64,000 nt of DNA from Paenalcaligenes sp. (lineage in GTDB: Bacteria; Pseudomonadota; Gammaproteobacteria; Burkholderiales; Burkholderiaceae_B), in the NCBI GenBank assembly GCA_035301625.1, contig DATGTW010000071.1, forward strand, positions 4,858 to 68,857, in the 5' to 3' direction. Position 1 is the stretch's first letter, and the number at the start of each line of letters is the position of its first letter. Below, piece by piece: positions 10,668 to 20,276 of the stretch. Both the position numbers and the translations under genes were made by a program. The notes below the pieces were generated by a model, which worked only from the letters and a program-made list of their open reading frames with translations, had not been told where the DNA came from and did no database searches.

Positions 10668-10698
10668 ATTATGAACCTTACCCTAGGGTCAAGGTCAA
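10668..10698 (-). promoter_or_regulatory. CueR-activated sigma70 promoter of copA-cueR with CueR box
   Basis: Minus strand reads TTGACC, a 19-bp spacer, then CATAAT. The dyad ACCTT-ACCCTAGGGTC-AAGGT (10675-10695) overlaps the -35 and spacer, the standard MerR/CueR geometry. Confidence 0.92.
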
Positions 10699-10876
10699 CA
10701 TGCTAAACATAGGTTGTGGGTAGAAGGGGAATCTGCATCAACACATCGCTTAAATCCTGTGCATTTTTATTCTCAATTGGTATTATTTATGCAGCAACGG
10801 TAGTGAATACCTAGTATCTAAAAAATGTATTCATGTTGGTTGTGTTTATTTCTTGAACTTTATGAGGGCAAGTATC

Positions 10877-11077
10877 ATGGCTATCAAATTTCAAATACCC
10901 GATATGACCTGTGGGCATTGTGTAAGTACGATTACCAAAGCTATTCAGGCCCAATATGATGGCGCACAGATTGAGGCTGAAGTGGAAACTCATACATTGA
11001 CGGTAAATGGCATTGAAGATGCTGAGGCTTTGGAAGCAATCATCACAAAAGAGGGCTATAGTCCTGCACGCCTTTGA
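10877..11077 (+). CDS. copZ: Copper chaperone, HMA domain
   Basis: 66 aa with MTCGHC; ATG follows GAGGG; divergent from copA. Confidence 0.9.
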   Translation: MAIKFQIPDMTCGHCVSTITKAIQAQYDGAQIEAEVETHTLTVNGIEDAEALEAIITKEGYSPARL

Positions 11078-11118
11078 GCGCCTGCGCACTGGGTAGTGCT
11101 ATAAAATAAAAAACACAT

Positions 11119-11172
11119 AAGCCGTAACTATCCGCTGCTGCAATGCTTGCAGCAAGGCTACGGCTTTTCTTT
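11119..11172. terminator. Extended stem-loop between convergent copZ and SCO genes (probable bidirectional terminator)
   Basis: AAGCCGTA...TGCTGCAA-TGC-TTGCAGCA...TACGGCTT, followed by TTCTT and preceded by an A-rich run. Confidence 0.65.
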
Positions 11173-11195
11173 AAGCGATTCCCGAGGCACTCGCT

Positions 11196-11873
11196 TTAAA
11201 GTAAATCTTGAACGGTTTCTAAAAGGTCCTCTACGGATTCAGAGTCAGAGGCCAAGTAACGCGCTTTGCCTCGATCATCAAAGATATAGATACCACGGCT
11301 GTGTGCAACCTCGTAACGGTTTGGGTTATCAGCGGGCGGTTTTTCGATTTGATAGGCGACACGGTAGCGCCTGGCTAAATCTGCAATTTGCTTTTCAGAG
11401 CCAGACAGCCCTGTCGCGTAGCGGTCATCAAATGCTTCTACATATGATTGCAGCATGTCGGGTTTATCCCGATGTGGATCAACGCTAATAAAAACTATCC
11501 GTACTTTTTCCGCATCATCGCCCAGTTTTTCCATGACTTCTGCTAATTGTGCCATTGTAGTCGGGCAAATATCTGGACAATTGGCATATCCAAAAAACAT
11601 CATGACTACTTTGCCGCGAAAGTCATCCTGGGTGATGGTTTGATTATTAGCGCCTTGTAAAGAAAACTTTAAATTGGGCATAAAGCCACGGATAGTATGG
11701 ATTTGTGTATCGGCGGCTTGGGCTTCGGGAAAGGCAGGTATGCCCAATAGACATGCCGTGCCCAGTATGCTGGCAGCAAAGGCTGCACGCATACCTCTTT
11801 GTACTCGCTTTTTAGTGAGAATTGAGCATTGATTAAGCGCTGATAGAAGCGAAAATATACTGCGTGTTTGCAT
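11196..11873 (-). CDS. SCO1/SenC family copper-binding protein (start may be the downstream Met)
   Basis: FFGYANCPDICP (CxxxC), SVDP and the conserved His in EVAHS. Signal-peptide-like segment ends in AQA. Confidence 0.9.
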   Translation of the reverse strand: MQTRSIFSLLSALNQCSILTKKRVQRGMRAAFAASILGTACLLGIPAFPEAQAADTQIHTIRGFMPNLKFSLQGANNQTITQDDFRGKVVMMFFGYANCPDICPTTMAQLAEVMEKLGDDAEKVRIVFISVDPHRDKPDMLQSYVEAFDDRYATGLSGSEKQIADLARRYRVAYQIEKPPADNPNRYEVAHSRGIYIFDDRGKARYLASDSESVEDLLETVQDLL

Positions 11874-11888
11874 TTTGGGTATCGTGTT

Positions 11889-13964
11889 TTATGCTGCTGG
11901 GTCCTCGACCAGGCCGCTGTGACGCAGCAGGGCTTCGGGGGTGGCCTCACGCCCTCTAAATGCTTTGAATGATTCAGCCGAGGGGCGAATACCACCGACG
12001 GCCAGAATTTCATTCAGGAAGCGTTGACCCACTGCGGGGATTAAAGTACTTTCGCTGTTTTGCTCTTTGGCGGCCTCTTCAAAAGCTGCAAATGCATCGG
12101 CAGAAAGAACCTCAGCCCACTTATAACTATAGTAGCCTGCTGCATAGCCACCCGCAAATAAATGTGAAAAATGATGTGGAAAGCGATGCCAGCTGGGAGG
12201 AAAGACTACGGCAACCTCTTGGCGTACATTATCCAAGGTGCGCAGTACTTCTGTAATGGACAGTCCCTTGGCCTCGCTATGAATGAGCATGTCAAAGAGC
12301 GAAAACTCAATTTGTCGAACCATCTGCATACCACTAAGAAAGTTTTTAGCCGCCAGCATACGCTCGAAAAGCTCTTTGGGGATTGATGCGCCGGTCTCTA
12401 CATGCGAGGACATCTGCTCAACAACAGACCAATCCCAGCAGAAATTTTCCATAAATTGCGATGGTAACTCAATGGCATCCCATTCTACTGCTGAAAAAGC
12501 GGCTACATCAGGTTCGTCAACTTTTGAAAGTAAATGGTGTAGTGCGTGGCCACTTTCATGGAAAAGAGTAATGACATCGTCATGTGTCAATAAGGCAGGA
12601 CGACCATTTTGGGGCGCGCTGAAATTGCATGTCAGGTACGCTATTGGCAGGTAGTCTGCGTCGAGTTGGTTGCGACGGCGATGTCTTTCACTGCCGACCC
12701 AAGCACCGCTTTGTTTGCCTTGGCGAGCATAAAGATCCATATATAGGTAACCGACTGGCGTACCTTCTTGGGAAACCTCGTAGACACGGGCATTTTCGTG
12801 CCACGTAGATGCATCTATTTCATTGAATTGGGCATTAAAGAGTTTTTCACCCACCGAAAACAAGCCTTTCAGTACGTGGGGCTCGGTAAAGTATTGCTTG
12901 ACCTCATCCTCTGAGTAATCGTAGCGGGCTTTTTTCATTTGCTCGGATACATAGGCAACATCCCAAGGCTCAAGTGTATCTATGTTGAGTTCTTGTTGAG
13001 CAAAATCCGTTAGGCTTTCAAAATCGCGCAGAGCAAATGGTTTAGAGCGTTCTGCTAAGTATTGCAGAAACTCGGTAATTTGTTCAGCAGTATCTGCCAT
13101 TCGCGTCTGCAATTGGAGCTGGGCAAAGTGCTCGTATCCAAGCAGTTCTGCTTCTTGGATGCGCAGTTGCAGTAGTTTTTCAATCGCTGAACTGTTGTCC
13201 CACTTGGGCTCATCGCTTTGTTCGGAAGCGATGGTTGCATAAGCTTTGTATAAGGTTTTGCGTAGCTCTTGGTTGTGCGCGTATTGCATGACTGGCAAAT
13301 AGCAGGGCATCTGCAAGGTTAGTTTCCAGCCCTGTTTTTCATCTTGCTCCGCAGCGTGCTGTGCAGCATTTTTTACGTCTTGGGGAATACCGTCCAGCTG
13401 CGTTTCATCGGTGATATACAATGCCCAGTGATCAGTGCTATCCAGAACATTTTCAGAGAATTGTTGTGATGTTGTGGCTTGCTTTTCTTGGTTTTTGGCA
13501 AAAACTTTGCGTTCTTGTGCATCGAGTTCAGCACCACCTAAGACAAAGCTTTGTAAAGCCAATTCAACAGCGCGCTTTTTAGGAGCATCCAGTCCTTGTT
13601 CGTTACTATCTGAGGCCAAGGCTTTGTATTGGGCGTAAAGCTTTTGGTGTTGTCCCATCCAAGTAGCAAAAGCACTTATTTTGGGCAAGCAAGCGTTGAC
13701 GGCCTCGCGTAACTCGGGTGTATTTACAACAGCATTGAGGTGTCTGCTGACAGACCATGCGCGCCACAATCTTTCGGTAGCATCATGTAGCGCCTCGACT
13801 AATGAGTCCCAAGTAGGGTGCGTTTGCTCAACTAGTTTTTCGATATCTTGACGCGCGTGCGCCAAAAGCATATCAAGTGCTGGCTCAATGTGTTCAGGAC
13901 GGATGGCTTGATAGTCAATGAATTCATCAATTGAGATTAAAAGAGGATTCAGAGGGTTCGTCAT
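11889..13964 (-). CDS. prlC: Oligopeptidase A (M3 family)
   Basis: FHESGHALHH (HExxH), WDAIELPSQ and HLFAGGYAAGYYSY; NPLL N-terminus. Confidence 0.95.
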   Translation of the reverse strand: MTNPLNPLLISIDEFIDYQAIRPEHIEPALDMLLAHARQDIEKLVEQTHPTWDSLVEALHDATERLWRAWSVSRHLNAVVNTPELREAVNACLPKISAFATWMGQHQKLYAQYKALASDSNEQGLDAPKKRAVELALQSFVLGGAELDAQERKVFAKNQEKQATTSQQFSENVLDSTDHWALYITDETQLDGIPQDVKNAAQHAAEQDEKQGWKLTLQMPCYLPVMQYAHNQELRKTLYKAYATIASEQSDEPKWDNSSAIEKLLQLRIQEAELLGYEHFAQLQLQTRMADTAEQITEFLQYLAERSKPFALRDFESLTDFAQQELNIDTLEPWDVAYVSEQMKKARYDYSEDEVKQYFTEPHVLKGLFSVGEKLFNAQFNEIDASTWHENARVYEVSQEGTPVGYLYMDLYARQGKQSGAWVGSERHRRRNQLDADYLPIAYLTCNFSAPQNGRPALLTHDDVITLFHESGHALHHLLSKVDEPDVAAFSAVEWDAIELPSQFMENFCWDWSVVEQMSSHVETGASIPKELFERMLAAKNFLSGMQMVRQIEFSLFDMLIHSEAKGLSITEVLRTLDNVRQEVAVVFPPSWHRFPHHFSHLFAGGYAAGYYSYKWAEVLSADAFAAFEEAAKEQNSESTLIPAVGQRFLNEILAVGGIRPSAESFKAFRGREATPEALLRHSGLVEDPAA

Positions 13965-14016
13965 ACTGTAAATCACTTGTGTTGGGTTTGATGTCTTGGA
14001 GGGTGTTCTTAAAGCT

Positions 14017-14877
14017 TTAGAGGACGTTTCTTTGGGCTGCCTCTAGTGTATTGACCAATAGCATGGCAATGGTCATGGGGCCAACACCACCCGGAACTGG
14101 AGTAATGGCTTGGGCGACAGATTGGCATTCCTCAAAATTGACATCGCCGACGAGACGACCGTCATCAAGACGGTTAATGCCCACATCAATGATGACTGCA
14201 CCGGGTTTTACCATGTCGCCTCTGATCATATCGGGTCGGCCAACGGCTGTTACCAATATGTCTGCGCGCCTAGTATGTGCAGCTAAATCACGAGTTTTGG
14301 AATTGCAAATCGTGACCGTGGCGCCAGCGGCTTGTAAGAGCAAGGCAATAGGTTTGCCCACGATATTACTGGCACCTACGATGACGGCCTCGGCACCCCA
14401 TGCAGAGACCCCCTCATTTTCAAGCATACGCATGATGCCGTAGGGGGTGCAAGGTTTCACCTTTGGATCGCCAACGAGTAAGTGACCAGCATTGATAACA
14501 TGAAAGCCATCGACATCTTTGTTTGGGTCAATTGTTGCGATAACAGCATTTTCATCTAAATGGTCGGGTATGGGTAATTGGACCAAAATGCCATGAATAT
14601 TAGAGTCATCGTTTAAGTTGCAAATTTTTTCCAGCAGTTTTTCTTGGCTGATATCCGCAGGTAAGCGAATAACCTTGGAGTGCATCCCTGCTTTTTCGCA
14701 TGCAATGGCTTTATTGCGCACATAAATATGCGAGGCAGGATCGTCGCCGACGATCACGACGGCCAGACCCGGTGTAATATTTTTCTTTTTAAGCTCTTGA
14801 ACTGCTAGGGCTACATCGTTACGGACCTGATCGGCCAAGGCACGACCGTCTATTCGACGGGCACGGTTTTCACTCAT
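14017..14877 (-). CDS. folD: Bifunctional methylene-THF dehydrogenase/cyclohydrolase
   Basis: YVRNK, KDVDGFH, PCTP and [10 protein letters not shown] motifs. Confidence 0.97.
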   Translation of the reverse strand: MSENRARRIDGRALADQVRNDVALAVQELKKKNITPGLAVVIVGDDPASHIYVRNKAIACEKAGMHSKVIRLPADISQEKLLEKICNLNDDSNIHGILVQLPIPDHLDENAVIATIDPNKDVDGFHVINAGHLLVGDPKVKPCTPYGIMRMLENEGVSAWGAEAVIVGASNIVGKPIALLLQAAGATVTICNSKTRDLAAHTRRADILVTAVGRPDMIRGDMVKPGAVIIDVGINRLDDGRLVGDVNFEECQSVAQAITPVPGGVGPMTIAMLLVNTLEAAQRNVL

Positions 14878-15503
14878 GTTGTTTCCTCTCCGGTAGGGGC
14901 TAGTGCGATTTTCATCAAGTCGGCCACAGTGGTGACCTCTAGTTTTTCCATGATGTTGGCGCGGTGCGCTTCAACAGTTTTGATGCTGATATCCAGATCG
15001 CCTGCTATTTGCTTATTGAGACGACCCGCGACAATGCGTTCGAGTACTTGTTGCTCGCGTGCTGTGAGCCGTGCAAGGATTTCTTCGTGCTGCAGGCGCT
15101 CTTGCTCTCTTTGGTATTGTTCGACAGCAATATCGATCATGCGTGCAACAATGGTGCGCAGTTCGGCTTCATTGAAAGGCTTTTCCAAGAAATCAATGGC
15201 GCCTTTTTTCATTGTACTTACGGCCATAGGAACATCGCCGTGTCCCGTAATAAACACCATGGGAATGTTAACGTCACGCGCGAGTAGAGCTTCTTGGAGC
15301 TCGAGACCGCTCATCCCGGGCATGCGTACATCAACAATAAGCACACACAACTGATTTGTGTCGTAACTATTTAGAAAAGCCTCGGCAGAGGCATAACATT
15401 TGACTTGATAACCGTTGGCCTCAAGTAACCAGCGCAAAGAGTCTCGGACTGCCTCATCATCGTCAATGATAAAGATGCTGCACTGGTTGTGGTTACTACT
15501 CAT
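14874..15503 (-). CDS. FixJ/LuxR-family response regulator
   Basis: Receiver domain ([23 protein letters not shown]) plus LuxR HTH (LTARE...NKQIA...KTVEAHRAN). Confidence 0.93.
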   Translation of the reverse strand: MSSNHNQCSIFIIDDDEAVRDSLRWLLEANGYQVKCYASAEAFLNSYDTNQLCVLIVDVRMPGMSGLELQEALLARDVNIPMVFITGHGDVPMAVSTMKKGAIDFLEKPFNEAELRTIVARMIDIAVEQYQREQERLQHEEILARLTAREQQVLERIVAGRLNKQIAGDLDISIKTVEAHRANIMEKLEVTTVADLMKIALAPTGEETT

Positions 15504-17284
15504 GCTTGTATCTCCTTGGAAATTTGCGTAACGGCTTGGGCATCGGTCTCAACTTGTGGGTGAGACGCGTCGGGTTGGCCACTGGGTAAACTAAACCGGA
15601 AAATTGTGCCCCCCTGCGGGTTAGAGGTTGCCCAAAGACGCCCATGATGTGATTCGATAATAGTACGACAGATATTCAACCCCATTCCCAGACCCTCTGA
15701 CTTAGTGCTGTAAAAAGGTTCAAAAAGGCGCTCGGGGTCTTTGAGGCCACAGCCACGGTCAATAACTGCGACCTCTATATGTTGATTGAACAGAGTTACC
15801 TCAACATGGAGTGTGTGATAGTCGCTTTTCTCCATGGCTTCGATAGCGTTTTTTAACAAATTAAGCAAAACCTGTTCGATAAGGATAGGGTCAGCTACGA
15901 CAAATGGTGGCTCTTTGGGTAGGTGAGTCTGGATAGCTACCTGCCGCTTGCGTGCGTCAATGTCTGCAAACCCTACTGCATTATCCAATATATCTAATAA
16001 GCTGACAATTTGTCGTTTTGGTTCACTGCGTTTTACAAACTCGCGGATGCGGCGAATGATCTTTCCGGCACGTTCGGCTTGATGCGCTGTTTTTTCTAAA
16101 GCCTCGACCAATTGTTCGGGGCGCGCTTGTTCTGAGCGGACCATCGCAACCGCGGCCATGCAGTAATTACTAATGGCTGTTAAGGGCTGATTAAGCTCGT
16201 GGGCTAATGATGAGGCCATTTCACCCATCGTGGTGAGGCGGCTGGTTAGCTGGGCTTTTTCTTGTTGAACACGTGATTCCTCTTCGTGTTCACGTCGCTG
16301 AGTGATGTCCCGGGCCACCTGCAGACGAACTTTGGTGCCATCTGTCCAAGTGAGAAATCGATGTTGGACTTCAAACCAGCGCTCGGCAGATAAAGAGTAA
16401 ATCTCGAGTGTTTGATCGGCAAAGCGATTGAGTCGGCTGCCCATCAACTCGGCATGGCCTACAGTTTGTGCACCGAAATAGCGACGGTAGGTGCGATTGG
16501 CAAACAGTAGCTCAAGCCCACCAGGGCTATCAGCAACGACAGAAATGGCGTCATCCAGACCCTCTAGTACTGTCATAAAGCGTTCATGTGCCGCGGTTAA
16601 AGCCTCGCGAATGCGCTTGGGCTCGGTGATATCGGTCATGGAAGTCATCCAGCCTATTTGTTTACCGCTGGGATCGCGCAAGGGTGAAACATACATGCGG
16701 GCGGTAAATCTGGAACCATCTCGGCGTTGAGCTTCAACCTCTAAGCCGCTGCTGGGCGTGCGTCCGGAAAGAAGGATATCCAAGGTTTCCTGGTGATGTT
16801 CGAAACGATTTGGAATCCAATATGGAAATGGGGCAGTGCGGCCAATAAGATCGGCTTCATTCCAGCCAATCATGCGACAAAAGGCTGGATTGACGTAAGC
16901 AATGCGTCCATCCATGTCAAAAACACGCATGCCTGTAGACATTGAATTTTCCATCGCACGTCTAAAGCTGGTTTCTGCAATCAGAGCAGCTTCGGCGCGC
17001 GTTCTAAACCGCGTGTAATTCCACAATGCCAAGAGACTAAGCACTATCAATAAAGAGAGAGCTACGACAACCCAAAAAAGTCGTTGTTGGCGCATCTCTT
17101 GATCAATAGTGATAAACATCACACTGTCGCTTTGTAATTGCTGCAGCCAGAAAAATACCCCCATGACACACAGATAGAGGAAAAGCACGATTACTGGGGT
17201 TAGCCAGTAAAAGCCACGGCGACTTTGACGTGCCTGATCATAGAAAGTGGTTGGGATAAGCGATTGTTTGGATTGATTTGACAT
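15500..17284 (-). CDS. PAS-domain sensor histidine kinase (FixL-like)
   Basis: Two N-terminal TM segments, a PAS domain (YVNPAFCRMIGW), H-box AHELNQPL, N-box NLLKNA and G-box GLGMGL. Confidence 0.92.
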   Translation of the reverse strand: MSNQSKQSLIPTTFYDQARQSRRGFYWLTPVIVLFLYLCVMGVFFWLQQLQSDSVMFITIDQEMRQQRLFWVVVALSLLIVLSLLALWNYTRFRTRAEAALIAETSFRRAMENSMSTGMRVFDMDGRIAYVNPAFCRMIGWNEADLIGRTAPFPYWIPNRFEHHQETLDILLSGRTPSSGLEVEAQRRDGSRFTARMYVSPLRDPSGKQIGWMTSMTDITEPKRIREALTAAHERFMTVLEGLDDAISVVADSPGGLELLFANRTYRRYFGAQTVGHAELMGSRLNRFADQTLEIYSLSAERWFEVQHRFLTWTDGTKVRLQVARDITQRREHEEESRVQQEKAQLTSRLTTMGEMASSLAHELNQPLTAISNYCMAAVAMVRSEQARPEQLVEALEKTAHQAERAGKIIRRIREFVKRSEPKRQIVSLLDILDNAVGFADIDARKRQVAIQTHLPKEPPFVVADPILIEQVLLNLLKNAIEAMEKSDYHTLHVEVTLFNQHIEVAVIDRGCGLKDPERLFEPFYSTKSEGLGMGLNICRTIIESHHGRLWATSNPQGGTIFRFSLPSGQPDASHPQVETDAQAVTQISKEIQA

Positions 17285-17562
17285 ATCTACTGTCTGTAAT
17301 ACGTTTGCCCTTATTGTAAGCGACTAGCGCTGCGATGTAAGGGGAATATAGACATTAAAATGCATGCATAAGGCGCATTTCTTTCCACATTGTAAAAATT
17401 ACACTCGCTAAGTGGAATTTAGCTTGAGTCAGGCTGACTTCTTCCCTAAAATGAAACGTGGGTAAAAATACATTACATCCAAAAACAATTTCCCTGTTTT
17501 TTCTCTGGTAGCTCAAAAGGCAAAAGCCATAGAAAACTGACATCAACATTTGGAGACGCCTT

Positions 17563-20265
17563 ATGTCCTCTATTCAACACACACCCATAGACATACATGC
17601 GGAAGACCTTGATGAGCTCGAAACTCAAGAGTGGCTTGAAGCACTGTCTGCAGTTCTTGACCGTGAAGGTCCCGAGCGTGCTCATTACCTGATCGAGCGT
17701 CTCACAGACTTGGCGCGCCGCTCTGGCTCGCGGATTCCATTTTCACCGCACACAGCTTATTTAAACACGATTCCTGTAGGGCTCGAGCCTGACTATCCTG
17801 GCGATCCCGTGCTCGAAGAGCGGATCCGTTCTTATATCCGTTGGAACGCCATGGCAATGGTTGTCAAAGCTAATGAAAATCCACCTACTGATGGAGGTGG
17901 TTTAGGGGGGCATATCGCCTCATTTGCTTCCTTGGCAACCATGATTGAGTGTGGCCAAAATCACTTTTGGAAAGCAGATGATGGCGAAGGCGGTGATCTA
18001 ATTTATTTCCAAGGGCATACTTCGCCAGGCATGTATGCACGCGCTTTCCTAGAAGGTCGTTTGACCGAAGAGCAGTTGGATAATTTCCGCCAAGAGGTTG
18101 ATGGCAAAGGGATTCCATCCTATCCGCACCCCAAACTCATGCCCGAATTCTGGCAGTTTCCGACCGTATCAATGGGGTTGGGGCCACTGATGGGTATTTA
18201 TCAAGCACGTTTTCTTAAATACCTAGAAGCACGCGGATTGGCCAAGACCAAAGGTCGTAAGGTCTGGGTGTTTTTGGGCGATGGCGAGATGGACGAGCCA
18301 GAATCCCTCGGCGCTATTGGTTTGGCAGCACGAGAAAAGCTGGATAATCTGATTTTTGTTGTTAACTGTAATCTCCAACGCTTGGATGGCCCTGTGCGCG
18401 GTAATGGAAAAATCATCCAAGAGCTCGAGGGCGTATTCCGCGGCGGTGGTTGGAATGTAATTAAATTAATTTGGGGGGGTTATTGGGATCCCCTTTTAAT
18501 GCGTGATAAAGAAGGTATTTTACGCCAAGTCATGGAGGAAACTCTTGATGGCGAATATCAAGCATACAAAGCCAATGATGGTGCTTATGTACGCGAGCAT
18601 TTCTTTGGCAAGCATCCTAAACTCCTCGAGATGGTCAGCCGGATGAGTGACGAAGATATTTGGCGTTTAAATCGGGGAGGGCATGATCCTTACAAGGTTT
18701 TTGCTGCTTTTGATTCTGCAGTTAAGCATGAGGGTCAGCCCACTGTGATTTTGGCAAAAACCATTAAAGGGTACGGCATGGGGCACGTTGGACAAGCTCA
18801 AAACCCCACGCACCAACAAAAAAGTCTGGATGTAGATTCGATTCGTGAGTTCCGCGATCGCTTTAATATACCCATTCCAGATGAGCGTTTGAGTGATATG
18901 CCTTATTTCAAGCCAGCCGCTGATTCGCCCGAGATGGAGTACATGCTCGAGCATCGCCGCAATCTCAATGGCTTTTTGCCCAAACGTCGTGTCAAGGCTG
19001 CTGAATCATTACCGGCACCTGAGCTTTCGGCCTTCCAGGCAGTGTTAGATCCCACCGCTGAAGGGCGCGAGATCTCAACTACACAGGCTTTTGTCCGTGT
19101 GCTTAATCAGATTTTACGTGATAAGACCTTGGGCCCACGTGTCGTGCCTATTTTGGCTGATGAATCCCGTACTTTTGGTATGGAAGGTTTGTTTAGGCAA
19201 ATTGGTATTTATTCTCCAGTAGGACAAAAATACACTCCTGTCGATAAAGGGCAGGTGATGTACTATCGCGAGGATAAAAAAGGCCAGCTCCTACAAGAAG
19301 GAATTAATGAGCTGGGAGCATTTAGCTCTTGGATTGCTGCCGCAACTTCTTATTCCAGCAATAACCTAATCATGATTCCCTTCTTTATTTATTATTCCAT
19401 GTTTGGTTTCCAACGCTTTGGTGACTTGGCATGGGCCGCAGGGGATATGCAGGCGCGCGGCTTTGTTCTAGGTGGTACAGCAGGTCGCACGACGCTAAAC
19501 GGCGAAGGTTTACAACACGAAGATGGCCACAGTCACGTACAGGCTTCTGTCATTCCCAATTGTGTGAGCTATGATCCCACCTTCGGCCACGAGGTAGCTG
19601 TTGTCATCCGCGACGGTTTGCGTCGCATGATGCAAGATCAAGAGGATGTTTTCTATTACATTACTTTGATGAATGAAAACTATGCACATCCTGGTCTTAA
19701 AGAAGGTGATGAAGAAGGCATCCTCAAAGGGATGTATCGCTTCAAAAGCCTAGACAAGGGTGAGCATCGTGTCCAGCTATTGGGATCAGGGACCATCCTG
19801 CGCGAGGTAATAGCCGCCCAGCAAATTTTGGCAGATGATTGGGATATTGGCTCTGATGTCTGGAGTTGCACCAGTTTCACTGAATTGCGCCGTGATGGTT
19901 TAGACTGCGAGCGCGAGGCACTATTAAACCCTGAACAGCCTGCGCCTACCCCTTATGTAACGCGTATGCTTGATGAAACTCAGGGACCCATCGTTGCCTC
20001 TACTGATTACGTTAAAGCTTTCGCAGATCAAATTCGCGCATTTATTCCTGCTGACCGCACGTACAAAGTGTTGGGTACCGATGGTTATGGGCGCTCTGAT
20101 TATCGTGCCAAATTACGTTATCACTTTGAGGTTGACCGCCACTTTGTTGTTATCAGTGCGCTCAAGGCGTTGGCTGATGAGGGTGCCATCCCGCTCAGTA
20201 AGGTGACCGAAGCCATCAAAAAGTATGGCGTCGATGCTAATAAATTAAACCCACACCACGCTTAA
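17563..20265 (+). CDS. aceE: Pyruvate dehydrogenase E1 (homodimeric)
   Basis: 900 aa; TPP motif GDGEMDEPES; FPTVSMGLG and GEGLQHEDGH. GGAGA RBS. Confidence 0.98.
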   Translation: MSSIQHTPIDIHAEDLDELETQEWLEALSAVLDREGPERAHYLIERLTDLARRSGSRIPFSPHTAYLNTIPVGLEPDYPGDPVLEERIRSYIRWNAMAMVVKANENPPTDGGGLGGHIASFASLATMIECGQNHFWKADDGEGGDLIYFQGHTSPGMYARAFLEGRLTEEQLDNFRQEVDGKGIPSYPHPKLMPEFWQFPTVSMGLGPLMGIYQARFLKYLEARGLAKTKGRKVWVFLGDGEMDEPESLGAIGLAAREKLDNLIFVVNCNLQRLDGPVRGNGKIIQELEGVFRGGGWNVIKLIWGGYWDPLLMRDKEGILRQVMEETLDGEYQAYKANDGAYVREHFFGKHPKLLEMVSRMSDEDIWRLNRGGHDPYKVFAAFDSAVKHEGQPTVILAKTIKGYGMGHVGQAQNPTHQQKSLDVDSIREFRDRFNIPIPDERLSDMPYFKPAADSPEMEYMLEHRRNLNGFLPKRRVKAAESLPAPELSAFQAVLDPTAEGREISTTQAFVRVLNQILRDKTLGPRVVPILADESRTFGMEGLFRQIGIYSPVGQKYTPVDKGQVMYYREDKKGQLLQEGINELGAFSSWIAAATSYSSNNLIMIPFFIYYSMFGFQRFGDLAWAAGDMQARGFVLGGTAGRTTLNGEGLQHEDGHSHVQASVIPNCVSYDPTFGHEVAVVIRDGLRRMMQDQEDVFYYITLMNENYAHPGLKEGDEEGILKGMYRFKSLDKGEHRVQLLGSGTILREVIAAQQILADDWDIGSDVWSCTSFTELRRDGLDCEREALLNPEQPAPTPYVTRMLDETQGPIVASTDYVKAFADQIRAFIPADRTYKVLGTDGYGRSDYRAKLRYHFEVDRHFVVISALKALADEGAIPLSKVTEAIKKYGVDANKLNPHHA

Positions 20266-20276
20266 AGGAGATCGTC

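Noticed and set aside
10811-11089. 92-aa Cys-containing minus-strand ORF in the copper locus
   Set aside because: It is antisense to copZ, which has the clear MTCGHC motif and RBS, and it has no metal-binding pattern of its own.
17355-17549. 64-aa ORF in the kinase/aceE intergenic region
   Set aside because: No convincing RBS or protein-like features. The region is better explained as divergent promoters.
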